NCBI GenBank assembly: GCA_963664305.2 | Contig: CAXXLV010000002.1 | Coordinates: 800,001 to 864,000, forward strand | Direction: 5' to 3' | Length of the DNA stretch: 64,000 nt | DNA from: an uncultured Aliarcobacter sp. | GTDB taxonomy: Bacteria; Campylobacterota; Campylobacteria; Campylobacterales; Arcobacteraceae | Shown: one piece after another, positions 1 through 9,688 of the stretch | How the letters are laid out: each line of letters begins with the position of its first letter | Numbering within the stretch: position 1 is the first letter of the stretch | Program-made: the position numbers and the translations under genes | The notes under the pieces: generated by a model | Told to the model about the DNA's origin: nothing | Seen by the model: the letters and a program-made list of their open reading frames with translations, nothing else | Database searches by the model: none

Positions 1-357
1 TAATTGAAAATCCTCTAGAAGTTTATATTAAAGATTAGGAAACACAAAATTTAATAAATATTCATCTTTCTAAATTATGAGTTAATAATTAGTGAAAATA
101 AAGCATAGATATTTTCCTTATTTTCTAAGAAATTTTTTCAGTTTCCATTTTCTTTAATAAATTCAAAAAGTTGTTTATAATCATTAGCTCTTTTACTTTG
201 AATATGTTTCCAAGTATTTAATTAGAATTACTAATAATTATTTATTAATAATCAAAAAACATCTGAAATATTTAAGTTATTAAATTATTTAAATAAAATT
301 TAATAAAGAATAACTATACTTCTAAAAATTATAAATATTTAAATAGGAGGAAATATT

Positions 358-1542
358 TTGAAGTTTTTACTAAAGATATGTTTTATCAATTCTTTGATAA
401 TTTTACTTTTAATTGGTTGTGCTGGTAGTTTAAAAGATGTTGGACCTATAAATGTAGGGAATTCAAATTTAACTAATGATGAACAAGGTGAACTATTAAG
501 TGAAATGATGATTGAAAATTATGGATTTGATATCCCACATAAATATACTTATTATAATTGTCCAGGGAAAAGAAGTTGTGATGTAAAGTTAGCTATGAAT
601 TTTGACATAAAAAATAATGAGTTGATTACAAAAGATGTAAGTTATTGTAGTTTACCTGATGTAAAAAAAGCTTCTGAGTGCTTAACTGGAGATAATTATT
701 CTGATTATGTAAAATTTTTTAATAAAAAAATGGAAATAAAAAAGAACTTAGCTAAAAAATTTCCTGAATATCAAAATGAATATTCAAATGTAAAAATGAA
801 AATAACTAATTGGTTAAATAATGCAAAAAACAAAGATTGTAAATTTGCTTTTAAATATCAAATACCTTTAAATGATGAAATTTTAAATAATATGATTAAA
901 ACGGTTCAGTGTTTAAAAAATGAAGAAATAGAAAATTCATCTCCAATAAAAATTTTTATGGAATATAAACAATCGCTTAAGAATTTAGATGATTTCCTAA
1001 ATAATTATTCAATTGCTAGAAGTAATTATTCTAAAAAGCTAGAGTATGGGCATTATCAATTAGTAGGAGAATTGTCTAATAATAATTATATTGAATTAAC
1101 AAGTAGAGATTTGGATAAAATAATTTTATTAGAACAAAAAGTGCTTGGATATAATTTAACACCTATAGAATTTATTATCAAGGATAAAAATATCATTGCA
1201 AAATTTTTCCGTGGACATGAATCTTTTCGAGTAGAAATAACTAATTTAACAAATGATATTATTGATATTGATTCCTTAGCATATTATCATGATAGTATGG
1301 TGTATGATGATTTTTCTCTTTACACTAATAAATCTGTACCTCCACATTCAACTAAAAATGTAGGAACTATTAAAATTTATGAGTTTGAACATTATCATTT
1401 TTTTATTAAATCAATGGAACATGAAGAAATGTTTGGAGGTGCCATAGGTTATACTACTAAAAATATTAAAAATACATTGTATAAAAAAGAAAAAATAAAA
1501 ATTGGTGATTATGAAAAAAATGCTATAGAATTTGCTAAATAA
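358..1542 (+). CDS. Hypothetical lipoprotein
   Basis: 394-aa ORF with TTG start after an AGGAGG RBS, and a hydrophobic N-terminus ending in lipobox-like LIGC. Confidence 0.7.
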   Translation: MKFLLKICFINSLIILLLIGCAGSLKDVGPINVGNSNLTNDEQGELLSEMMIENYGFDIPHKYTYYNCPGKRSCDVKLAMNFDIKNNELITKDVSYCSLPDVKKASECLTGDNYSDYVKFFNKKMEIKKNLAKKFPEYQNEYSNVKMKITNWLNNAKNKDCKFAFKYQIPLNDEILNNMIKTVQCLKNEEIENSSPIKIFMEYKQSLKNLDDFLNNYSIARSNYSKKLEYGHYQLVGELSNNNYIELTSRDLDKIILLEQKVLGYNLTPIEFIIKDKNIIAKFFRGHESFRVEITNLTNDIIDIDSLAYYHDSMVYDDFSLYTNKSVPPHSTKNVGTIKIYEFEHYHFFIKSMEHEEMFGGAIGYTTKNIKNTLYKKEKIKIGDYEKNAIEFAK

Positions 1543-1581
1543 TATAAAGTAAACTTAGTTGTTAAAAATTTTTCAAAAAAG

Positions 1582-1610
1582 ATATATAGAGAAAACTACT
1601 TCTCTATATA
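1582..1610. terminator. Probable intrinsic terminator hairpin
   Basis: Inverted repeat tatatagagaa...ttctctatata between convergent genes. Confidence 0.5.
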
Positions 1611-1847
1611 CTTAAAATAATAGATTACTTTTTATATTTTTAATATATACCAAAATTAATTACAGTTTCTATCTTTAAATCTTGAACTTTTCTTTTTATA
1701 TCTCAAATTAATATTTTTATCTTAAAACATATTCTTAAGAGATATTCTGATTTGTTAGCATTCCACAACTTCCACAGTCAACAATGAGTCTTAAGTTCAA
1801 TTACTTCTCTTTGAATAAAATGGTCTTCTGCTTCTTCGTTGTTATCT

Positions 1848-2768
1848 TCATTGAATTAAATAATGTTGTGTAATAGAAGCACGATTATGCTTCATTTCAT
1901 AACTTACTTCTTGCAAACACTCTTCGTATGAATATCCAACTTTGCCATATTCAAACATTCTTCTTTTTGCAAAGTTCCATCTAAGACCATGTGATGCTTC
2001 TGGATTCTCATTTGAAAGAAAGCTAGCTTGTTTTAAATCATTATAGTAAGCTTGTCTATTTATTTTAAATACTTTAAATTCTTCTAGATAATTTTCTAAT
2101 TTTTTATATGTATCTAGACTAATTAAAACATCACCCACTTTTCCACCTTTTTCTTTTGTAACAAGTATTCCAACTTCTTTTTGTGTAATAGAATCAATTT
2201 TTCTTCCTTTTAGTTGTTCATATCTTATTAAAGCTATTCCTTCAATTCTTGCTCCTCCTTCAAGTTGAATAGAAGCAGCTAATTGATGTAAAGAATCTTT
2301 TAAATTAGAGATTAAAAGTTCAGGATTTGAATAAGTTCTATTGTGGTAATTATTAGCAACTAGTTTTAAATCTCTTGCATTATCTAAAATAGTTTGTCTA
2401 ATTGAGAAATCATACTCTTTTTCATGTTTACTAATATTTTTAGAAAAAAGTTTTAGAGCAATTTCTAGTTTACCAAGAGATGCAGATATTTTTTCTAAAT
2501 ATTGTTTTGAGGGATAATATTCTACTTTGTATTCCATATATGCTTGTACATGTTCAGATTCAATTTTTTCAAAATCTTTTATGTTCCAATGTTCTAAAAG
2601 ATAGTTAAAAAAATTGTTCCAAATATTTCTATATGATTCCATTGTTTTGAAACTAGCAACTTTTTGATAGTGCTCATGATTTGGATTTATTCTATCTTCT
2701 TTTTTAGCACCAGATTCAAAGATTTGTTTTACTAATTGACTAGATTGATAATATACACTTCCACGCAT
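1848..2768 (-). CDS. Short tyrosine recombinase/integrase-domain protein
   Basis: Catalytic motifs GARIEG, KGGK, HGLR and MKHNRASITQHY; 306 aa with no arm-binding extension. Confidence 0.85.
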   Translation of the reverse strand: MRGSVYYQSSQLVKQIFESGAKKEDRINPNHEHYQKVASFKTMESYRNIWNNFFNYLLEHWNIKDFEKIESEHVQAYMEYKVEYYPSKQYLEKISASLGKLEIALKLFSKNISKHEKEYDFSIRQTILDNARDLKLVANNYHNRTYSNPELLISNLKDSLHQLAASIQLEGGARIEGIALIRYEQLKGRKIDSITQKEVGILVTKEKGGKVGDVLISLDTYKKLENYLEEFKVFKINRQAYYNDLKQASFLSNENPEASHGLRWNFAKRRMFEYGKVGYSYEECLQEVSYEMKHNRASITQHYLIQ

Positions 2769-2780
2769 ATTTTAATACTT

Positions 2781-3533
2781 TTACAGATTTGAATAAATTT
2801 CATTTTCAATTAAAATATATTCATTCTCTGATAATTCATAGTTTATATCATAAGATGCACATATATTTTCTAATAAATTTTTTAAATAAACAATTGTATT
2901 TTTTGCTAAAAAATCATATTTAATATTTGGATTCATCTGTTTTATTTCATGTAAATATAACTCTTTTAATTCTTCTGAATTTGAAATATTTACAAGAGTG
3001 TTATTTAAAGCAATGATTTTTTCTTTTTTTAAAATCATTTTTGAAAATATTACTGGGTCTTCATGGATTGCAATAGCTATATCAAACAAATCTCTAGAGT
3101 TTCCAATATCTCCTCTATAATAAATTTTTTTAGCAATAATTTCTTCAATAGTATCAATTTGTATATCTTTATTCCATATATTAACTTTACAAAATGGTTC
3201 TTTTGATTTTTTCACTACATCAAAAAATTGAATTTTTGAGTCTTTATCGATAACAATTTCAGTATAAATATCGTTATGCCTAAAATTACCAGTAAAACCA
3301 ATAGAACCCATTTTAGATTTAATATTTTCACTCCAATTTGATGGTTTTAGCAAATGAGTTTTATTTTCATTTCCATAAATAAAAATATCAATATCAGTTG
3401 AATATCTATGATTCCAATAATATCCTGCTAATACAGTTCCACCACCTAAGCTTGAAATTTCTAATAGATTATTTTCTTTTAATAGTTCTAATGTAACATC
3501 TAGCATAGCTTTTTGTTTTGAAAAATCATACAT
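2781..3533 (-). CDS. AbiEii/AbiGii-family nucleotidyltransferase toxin
   Basis: LGGGTVL...HRYSTDIDIF, EEIIAKK and SRDLFDI motifs. Confidence 0.85.
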   Translation of the reverse strand: MYDFSKQKAMLDVTLELLKENNLLEISSLGGGTVLAGYYWNHRYSTDIDIFIYGNENKTHLLKPSNWSENIKSKMGSIGFTGNFRHNDIYTEIVIDKDSKIQFFDVVKKSKEPFCKVNIWNKDIQIDTIEEIIAKKIYYRGDIGNSRDLFDIAIAIHEDPVIFSKMILKKEKIIALNNTLVNISNSEELKELYLHEIKQMNPNIKYDFLAKNTIVYLKNLLENICASYDINYELSENEYILIENEIYSNL

Positions 3534-4044
3534 TTAAACTCTTTTTATTTAAAATATTTTGTAAAGCTGATGGAATAGATTTATTTAAATTATTTGTATT
3601 TGATTCAAAGTGTTTTAATCTAAATCTTTTATCCCATTTTTTTGCAATACCATCAATAGTTCTAAATGGACTTGTTATATAAATATTTTTAATATTACGT
3701 TTTGAAAGAGTGAATGTTGAAATAAAATCTTCTAATTCATCAATTTCTATTTCTTTAAAAAATTTCGAGTAAATAGTTTGTTCTTTAATATTTCCATCAT
3801 GATAATCTTGTTTTGAGAAAGCTTTTTTTATATCTTCATAAGTAAACTTTTCATTTTCAATATTTCTATTTAGAATATGAAAAAATCTATGATTTTCTTT
3901 TTTATTTAATATTTTTTCTACAAAATCAATTTCAAGATTTGATAATAATTCATAAAGTTTATTTCTATTACTACTTTCTTGTTTCCAATCATTTAATGTT
4001 GCAAATGGAATATCTAAATATTTACTAATTTCTATTTGTGTCAT
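3526..4044 (-). CDS. HTH protein, probable cognate antitoxin/regulator
   Basis: N-terminal HTH-like segment (QIEISKYLDIPFATLNDWK); overlaps the start of the AbiEii-like gene. Confidence 0.65.
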   Translation of the reverse strand: MTQIEISKYLDIPFATLNDWKQESSNRNKLYELLSNLEIDFVEKILNKKENHRFFHILNRNIENEKFTYEDIKKAFSKQDYHDGNIKEQTIYSKFFKEIEIDELEDFISTFTLSKRNIKNIYITSPFRTIDGIAKKWDKRFRLKHFESNTNNLNKSIPSALQNILNKKSLNV

Positions 4045-4485
4045 TGCAACTCCTTTTTATTTACATTATATATGATAATCGTAATAATGTCAATTAATTT
4101 AGATTTATTATTTTGATAGTTTTAGCCTCTATCTTAGGCAAAATTTGTTAAGTCATTCTGCATTTAATTTATAACTTTTGCATTTAAGTTACTCATTTTT
4201 TGTTTTTAGATATCAAAAAAATCTCTTAAGATTTACACAAAAAATAAGAATACAAAGATTTAGTCTTTGTTAATTGTTAGTTCAAAATTAAAAACTTGTG
4301 AAAATATAACATAGATTTTTGTTTAATTTTTCAAAGAAATTTTTTTATATGGTTTCAAAAATTTTTTCAGTTTCCATTTTTTTAAGGAAAGCCTTTTAGA
4401 AACTAGTAAATAAAGGATTATTATAGTTGTTTACAAATTATGAATAAACATAAAAATAAACAATTTTTAAACATTGAATTAAATA

Positions 4486-5040
4486 TTAATTTCTATTCAA
4501 ACTATCAATTAAAGTACTTCTTTTAACTCCAAATGTTTTACAAACAGCAGCTTTACTCATTCCATCTTCTAAAGCTTTTTTAATAGCAATCATTTTTTCA
4601 TCATCAATGGCTCTAGGACGTCCTCCTCTAATACCTCTTAGTTTTGCAGATTCAAGTCCAGCTTTTACTCTTTCTTGAATTAGACTTCTTTCAAATTGAG
4701 CTAATGCTCCAAAGATATGAAAGAATAATTCACCAGATGCTGTTGTTGTATCCATACCTTCTGTAATAGATACAAAAGAAATATTTCTATTTTTTAAATC
4801 TGTAATAATATTTATTAAATGAGCTAAACTTCTTCCAAGTCTATCTAGTTTCCAAACAACTAAAGTATCACCATCTTTTAAAAACTCTATTGCTTTATCA
4901 AGCCCTACTCTTTTATCTTTTGCACCAGATGTTTTATCTGAAAATATATTTCTTTCATCTACTCCATATTTTATTAATGCATCTTTTTGTAAATTTAGAT
5001 TTTGTTCATCAGTTGAAACTCTAACGTAACCTATTAACAT
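4486..5040 (-). CDS. Serine recombinase (resolvase/invertase family)
   Basis: GYVRVSTDEQ, VVWKLDRLGRS and GGRP motifs plus a C-terminal HTH; 184 aa. Confidence 0.95.
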   Translation of the reverse strand: MLIGYVRVSTDEQNLNLQKDALIKYGVDERNIFSDKTSGAKDKRVGLDKAIEFLKDGDTLVVWKLDRLGRSLAHLINIITDLKNRNISFVSITEGMDTTTASGELFFHIFGALAQFERSLIQERVKAGLESAKLRGIRGGRPRAIDDEKMIAIKKALEDGMSKAAVCKTFGVKRSTLIDSLNRN

Positions 5041-5101
5041 ACGGAAAACCTCTTAGATAAAATTTCCGTATTATATCACAATCCGATAGTATTTATCGTA
5101 T
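5040..5101. promoter_or_regulatory. Probable res site upstream of the resolvase
   Basis: Dyad tacggaaa...tttccgta (5040-5070) followed by cgata...tatcg, directly upstream of the resolvase start. Confidence 0.5.
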
Positions 5102-5304
5102 ATTTATTTTATGGTATCTTGTGCTTTTTCTATGCTTTTTTGATTTAAAGCTAGGGTGTCGGAAAACAGATGTTATAAATAATTTCTTTTTGGAATGCAA
5201 AATAAGAATAAATTTTATAGATTTAAATATTTGAAATATCATATTTTTTATGAATTTTTACCAATTATGTAGTTCATTTAAAAGGGATATTTATTTCTGA
5301 GTAT

Positions 5305-5324
5305 GTTTTAGGGTTGACAGATCA
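5305..5324 (-). mobile_element. Isolated IS3-like terminal repeat
   Basis: gttgacagatca matches the ends of the miniature elements at 9538, 10600, 15951 and 21068. Confidence 0.55.
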
Positions 5325-5362
5325 TTCGTGCCAGTCAACTTTTTTCTAGACTCAATTTTTAC

Positions 5363-5800
5363 CTATTTCACTTTTAGATAATCATATTTATTTGGATTAT
5401 TCAACAAATTTGGATTAATTTCTTTTGTGTAACTTTGAGGTTCTTTTTTTGGGAAACCTCCATTAATGTCTTTAATTATGAGGTATGTTAAGCCCATACT
5501 AGAAATAATCATTCCAAATAAAAATAGAATAAGAATAAAAACACTTCTATTACTATTAAAAAAAATTTTGTATTTAATTTCAACATAAACATGTAATATT
5601 CGTCCTAAAGGAATTGATAATCCAATTAACATAAAATGTGAATATGATACATTATAATTGAATATAAAATAAAAAATACTATAATTCAAGATTATAAATG
5701 GAATAATACATAAGAATAATGCATACCAACTTTTAAGATTTGTATCACTATATTTTATGATTAATTTTTCATACCACTTCCATAATTTACTTAGACTCAT
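5363..5800 (-). CDS. Hypothetical membrane protein (about 3 TM), possible immunity protein
   Basis: Three hydrophobic segments; lies in a run of immunity-like genes. Confidence 0.6.
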   Translation of the reverse strand: MSLSKLWKWYEKLIIKYSDTNLKSWYALFLCIIPFIILNYSIFYFIFNYNVSYSHFMLIGLSIPLGRILHVYVEIKYKIFFNSNRSVFILILFLFGMIISSMGLTYLIIKDINGGFPKKEPQSYTKEINPNLLNNPNKYDYLKVK

Positions 5801-6032
5801 ATTTTATATCCCCTATTTTTATAAGATTTAAATTTAATCCACTATTCTCTATTGTCCATATCGGTCTAGGTTTTATAATATTATTTCGATTAAATATTTT
5901 TATATCTTTTATATTATTATTTTCATAAGATGGTAAATCATTTGATATATTTACTATTTCATTACTATTTGCACTATCTCTTTGTATCTCCAATATTTTT
6001 GCATTTGTATTAAATGTATTTATACTTTGCAT
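5787..6032 (-). CDS. Small hypothetical ORF or gene fragment
   Basis: 81-aa ORF co-oriented with its neighbours and overlapping the next gene; no recognisable motif. Confidence 0.35.
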   Translation of the reverse strand: MQSINTFNTNAKILEIQRDSANSNEIVNISNDLPSYENNNIKDIKIFNRNNIIKPRPIWTIENSGLNLNLIKIGDIKYESK

Positions 6033-6051
6033 TCCTATTTTTTACATTTTT

Positions 6052-6582
6052 CTATATAACTTGAAACTCTATATTTTCTTCCTCTAAAAAATCTTCTGGA
6101 AAAGCATTTGTTTGAATCTCATTTTTAACTAACTTTTCTAAAAAAGTACTCATATTCATCTCAAAAACATCTTCTTTATTGTAATCATTATCATATATCC
6201 CTACTTTCCAATTATTTGGATTTTTATTTTTTTCATAAATCCAAAACAAGTAGTCTCCATTATCAGTAGCCCCCCAAATAATTAGTGAATGGTTCTCAGG
6301 AAAAGGAGGTCTAAGATAATTTTCAGGAAAATCTTTTTTTAATTCATTATAAGCCAAATAAAAGAACTTCATATCATCTAAAAGATTCCCATTTTTTGAG
6401 AATGGATTTAAAACCCATAAAAAATTTCCTATACGACCCATTCCATATCTCATAATAAATTCTTTATAATCAGCAGGAAGTGTTGTACCCATTTTTTCTT
6501 CTACATTTTCCCACTCTTTTGGGTCTCCAGTTTCAACAGGATTCATTGGTGGTTTCATTACTTTTATCAAATTTTCTATCAT
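6052..6582 (-). CDS. SMI1/KNR4 (SUKH) family immunity protein
   Basis: WENVEEKMGTTLPADYKEFIMRYG and WGATDNGDYLFW motifs. Confidence 0.85.
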   Translation of the reverse strand: MIENLIKVMKPPMNPVETGDPKEWENVEEKMGTTLPADYKEFIMRYGMGRIGNFLWVLNPFSKNGNLLDDMKFFYLAYNELKKDFPENYLRPPFPENHSLIIWGATDNGDYLFWIYEKNKNPNNWKVGIYDNDYNKEDVFEMNMSTFLEKLVKNEIQTNAFPEDFLEEENIEFQVI

Positions 6583-6830
6583 TATTTTTTTCCATTTACA
6601 TTTGGTATAGATACATCTAATTTAAAGCCATTGGAACCTGTTGCGCTCATGGTACCTGTTGGCATTGGATTATTGTCAATATATATTGGAACAACTCTAT
6701 AGTTTACTGTTTCTCCATTTTTTACTGCTTGTTGTACTTTAGTTTCAAATGAACGCATTGTTGCTGTATTTACACTTTGTTGATATAAAGTAACAAGGTT
6801 TTTATTATCATTTCCAGAACCACCAAGCCG
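6582..6830 (-). pseudogene. 5'-truncated DNA/RNA non-specific endonuclease toxin tip
   Basis: Hand translation RLGGSGNDNKNLVTLYQQSVNTATMRSFETKVQQAVKNGETVNYRVVPIY...LDVSIPNVNGKK*; its TAA overlaps the ATG of the SUKH gene (TAATG). Confidence 0.75.
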
Positions 6831-6849
6831 GTATTTTTAATATGATAAT

Positions 6850-7338
6850 CTACTCCTCTGTATACTCATATAAAGAATCCATAAATTCTTCAAAGTTATT
6901 GCCTAAAAATGAAATTATTAAATTACCATTTTCATCATCTGCATCATGATGAACCAGTACAATTTTTGGATTATCACTTTTTAAATCATCTCTATAATCA
7001 AAGCATATGTAATCTCCATTTGGTGTCCCTCCAAATGGAATGATTCCTTCTTGAAAATCTTCGTTATCCATTAAAAAGTACACCATAGAACTACTACTAT
7101 CATCTAATTCATACTTATTATTTTCTTTAAAAAAATAAAAATAAATAAAATTACCTTCATTTTTTTGAATAACTTCATCATAATAATCAAATGCACTTTT
7201 TTTAAATCTTAATCCATTATGTTTAGATAATAACTCTTTATATTCTAATGGAAAATTATAATTTACAAGTTTTTCATATTCTTCAATAATTTGACTTCTA
7301 AGTTTTCCACTTTCTCTATAAATTTTTAAATCTTGCAT
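6850..7338 (-). CDS. SMI1/KNR4 (SUKH) family immunity protein
   Basis: IEEYEKLVNYNFPLEYKELLSKHNG, IIPFGGTPNGDYICFDYR and NFEEFMDSL motifs. Confidence 0.9.
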   Translation of the reverse strand: MQDLKIYRESGKLRSQIIEEYEKLVNYNFPLEYKELLSKHNGLRFKKSAFDYYDEVIQKNEGNFIYFYFFKENNKYELDDSSSSMVYFLMDNEDFQEGIIPFGGTPNGDYICFDYRDDLKSDNPKIVLVHHDADDENGNLIISFLGNNFEEFMDSLYEYTEE

Positions 7339-7339
7339 T

Positions 7340-7468
7340 TTAATTTCCTTTCTTCATTGTATTTTCACCTATATGAAGAGTATTTTTATGTACTTGTTCT
7401 GGAACTAACTGCATATTATTACTATCTGCATTATGATGCCAAGTATACCCCTCAATTTTATAATCACC
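7340..7468 (-). pseudogene. 5'-truncated WHH-type HNH/EndoVII nuclease toxin tip
   Basis: Hand translation GDYKIEGYTWHHNADSNNMQLVPEQVHKNTLHIGENTMKKGN*; ends 1 nt before the SUKH start. Confidence 0.8.
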
Positions 7469-7470
7469 AG

Positions 7471-7568
7471 CGGCTGTCATACGAACAACATATTTTATTT
7501 AACAAAGCTCCAAAATAAAGAATTTCTTATAACTTTATTACCAATTTTTAAACTTCGTTTGACAGGCA
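7471..7568. mobile_element. Miniature inverted-repeat element, family A (IS256-like ends), copy 1
   Basis: Terminal IR ctgtcatacgaa / ttcgtttgacag; flanks atcaccag / atcacccag resemble a target duplication; second copy at ~9248-9342. Confidence 0.6.
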
Positions 7569-7628
7569 TCACCCAGTTTCTCTTTTTATGTTGTTTTATC
7601 ATAATAAATAAAAAAGTGCCTATTCCCT

Positions 7629-8069
7629 TTACTTAATTGGAAATTTACTACAATTATCCATTATCCATTCTTGAAATTTATTATCTATTCCATCTTCATC
7701 TGGTGTTGCACTTATAAGTTTTGTTTTTTGTCCTGTTTCTTCATTAACTGCCGTAAGTTCAAAATTTATTCGCTCTCCTATTTCTATATTTTCTCCTTCT
7801 TCTAATCGTTTAAAAAAGTATAGAAAAGCAGTTGATACACTATCTTATATTATTCGTTTTATTAAGTTAATATTCTCTTCATCCATTTGAGAAATTTTTA
7901 ATAAATCATCATATTGTTGCTTATCCCATTTTTTTAATGCCTGAAATGGCTTATCATTATTCTTAGCACCTAGTATTTCTTTATCGAAAATCCATACTCC
8001 TCCATCAATTTCAATTTTTAGAACTCGTTGAAAAAACTCTATAACTTCCTCATATGATCTTTCCTTCAT
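7629..8069 (-). pseudogene. Hypothetical protein (147 codons) interrupted by an in-frame TAA at 7845-7847
   Basis: The reading frame continues past the stop (DSVSTAFLYFFKRLEEG...WIMDNCSKFPIK*); good RBS (AAGGAG). Confidence 0.65.
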
Positions 8070-8199
8070 ATTACCTATTCTCCTTTTTTAAATCCATACT
8101 TTTGTTTATTTAACTATTAATTTAAATTTTTATATAGCCCTTAAAAGTTTGTTTTCATAGGTTATAAATGACTAATTTTCTTTTTCATTTAACACCATT

Positions 8200-8372
8200 A
8201 ATCAACCCCAATTATTTTAATCAAAAAATCAAATATAATAAAACAAATGCTAAAAGTATGAAAAAAAGCCAATCAATTGTTTCAAATTTAGTTAAATTCA
8301 TATTTAACCTTATTATATTTTTTAATAAAATTAAATATTATCAGATAAAATACTCACAAATTACTTTTTTTA
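8200..8372. repeat. Direct repeat of about 170 bp, copy 1 (small hydrophobic ORF plus promoter)
   Basis: Highly similar to 28291-28464; contains the minus-strand ORF 8221-8301 MNLTKFETIDWLFFILLAFVLLYLIF*. Confidence 0.8.
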
Positions 8373-8483
8373 TCGCTCTTCAAATAAAAAGTTTTATATA
8401 TCAATAAAAAAAGTCATTTATGAGTAAATTATTCATTATAATTTTTTAAAAAAAATTTCAATTTAAATGAGAAAATAAATTAT

Positions 8484-9035
8484 ATGAAGTTTGATAAAAA
8501 AAATATTATTTCAATTACTCTTTCAATAATATTTGTAATAGTTTTATTTTGGAGTATGTTTAGTAAAATAATTATAAATGAAGAATTATTCATATATGGG
8601 TGGAATAATTTTTTAGCAGTAATTCTAACAATATTAGCTCTAATATTTTTTAGATATAAATATAAAACTGATGAAAAATTTATAGAGCGTTTAAAAAACC
8701 AAAATCAATCTATTTTAAAAGTATATATTGCCATATTAATTGGTATACCATTGTTCACTAAAATGTTAACAGAAAAAGTATTGTTTACAATTTTACATAA
8801 TATATATAATCAACCTTCAGAAAAAACAGTATTTATTGATAAAGCAATTTCACAAAAACATTGTCGTCATGGAATAAAACTAATTGGTTACAAAAACTTA
8901 GGTAATGGTAAGATATGTGGTATTCCTCAAAATATACTTGATAAATTAAAACATAATCAGAAAATTACATTATATGGTGAAGAATCAATCTTTGGATTTA
9001 TTCCAGAAAGCTTTAGTTATGAAGATGATAAATAA
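8484..9035 (+). CDS. Hypothetical membrane protein
   Basis: 183 aa with three hydrophobic segments and a soluble C-terminal part containing two Cys. Confidence 0.7.
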   Translation: MKFDKKNIISITLSIIFVIVLFWSMFSKIIINEELFIYGWNNFLAVILTILALIFFRYKYKTDEKFIERLKNQNQSILKVYIAILIGIPLFTKMLTEKVLFTILHNIYNQPSEKTVFIDKAISQKHCRHGIKLIGYKNLGNGKICGIPQNILDKLKHNQKITLYGEESIFGFIPESFSYEDDK

Positions 9036-9247
9036 TGTTTTTAATTTTTATCAAATTTAAAAATGAAAATAATTTAAAATATTATTGTTATTACCAGCTC
9101 TCTCTTTTAAAGTTGAAAATATAAGGGGAAATATCTTATTTTAGCTCAAACTCATCTGTACCTATTTTTCGTATGTTGTTAAAGAAGCCACTTACTGCTT
9201 CATTGGTACACTCTCCACCTATATTGAATCCTTCTGAAATATTATAA

Positions 9248-9342
9248 TTATCATACGAACAGCATATTTTATTTAACAAAGCTCCAAAATAAAGAATTTC
9301 TTATAATTTTAATGCCAATTCTTAGACTTCGTTTGACAAGTC
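9248..9342. mobile_element. Miniature element family A, copy 2
   Basis: Near-identical to 7478-7565 (tcatacgaac...cttcgtttgaca). Confidence 0.65.
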
Positions 9343-9433
9343 CAAATGAATTTGAGAAAAGTACAGTGAAAGTATTAATAAGTCTAAGGTATTAACTGAA
9401 TAAAAATCTGTCTACATTCTAGGGGTCATTCCA
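9325..9433 (+). mobile_element. IS3-family right-end remnant; inverted copy at 20822-20930
   Basis: Encodes SPNEFEK..., resembling the IS3 OrfB C-terminus, then ctgtctacattctaggggtcattcca ending in CA. Confidence 0.6.
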
Positions 9434-9538
9434 AACAAGAAATAAGACACAAAATTTTGAACAGCTTTATCCAAAGCTACAGGTTGTTGAACTTGTTTTT
9501 ATAACTCATATTTTGTCTTATTTAGTATGGACAGATCA
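9434..9538. mobile_element. Miniature element family B (IS3-like ends), left end clipped
   Basis: aataagacacaaaa...tacaggttgttgaac...ttttgtcttatttagtatggacagatca; similar to 10435-10600. Confidence 0.65.
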
Positions 9539-9688
9539 GCCTATAGTTTTACCTGCTATACCACCAAATTGTTCTGATATTTCACCAACAAACCCTAAAT
9601 ATCCACCAAATGATGATAATGCGATGTCACTTGATTTATTTTCTGAAACTGTAACCTCATAATCTTCAATTTTAATTAATCCACTCAT
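9536..9688 (-). pseudogene. N-terminal gene fragment truncated at an IS end
   Basis: MSGLIKIEDYEVTVSENKSSDIALSSFGGYLGFVGEISEQFGGIAGKTIG*; the stop is supplied by the IS terminal TGA; overlaps the end of 9672-10178. Confidence 0.6.

Noticed and set aside
7333..7636. Plus-strand ORFs 7333-7518 and 7433-7636
   Set aside because: They are antisense to the WHH fragment and run across a miniature element, with no coding signals.
8168..8407. Plus-strand 79-aa ORF
   Set aside because: It overlaps the duplicated minus-strand peptide gene and promoter and is not preserved in the second repeat copy.
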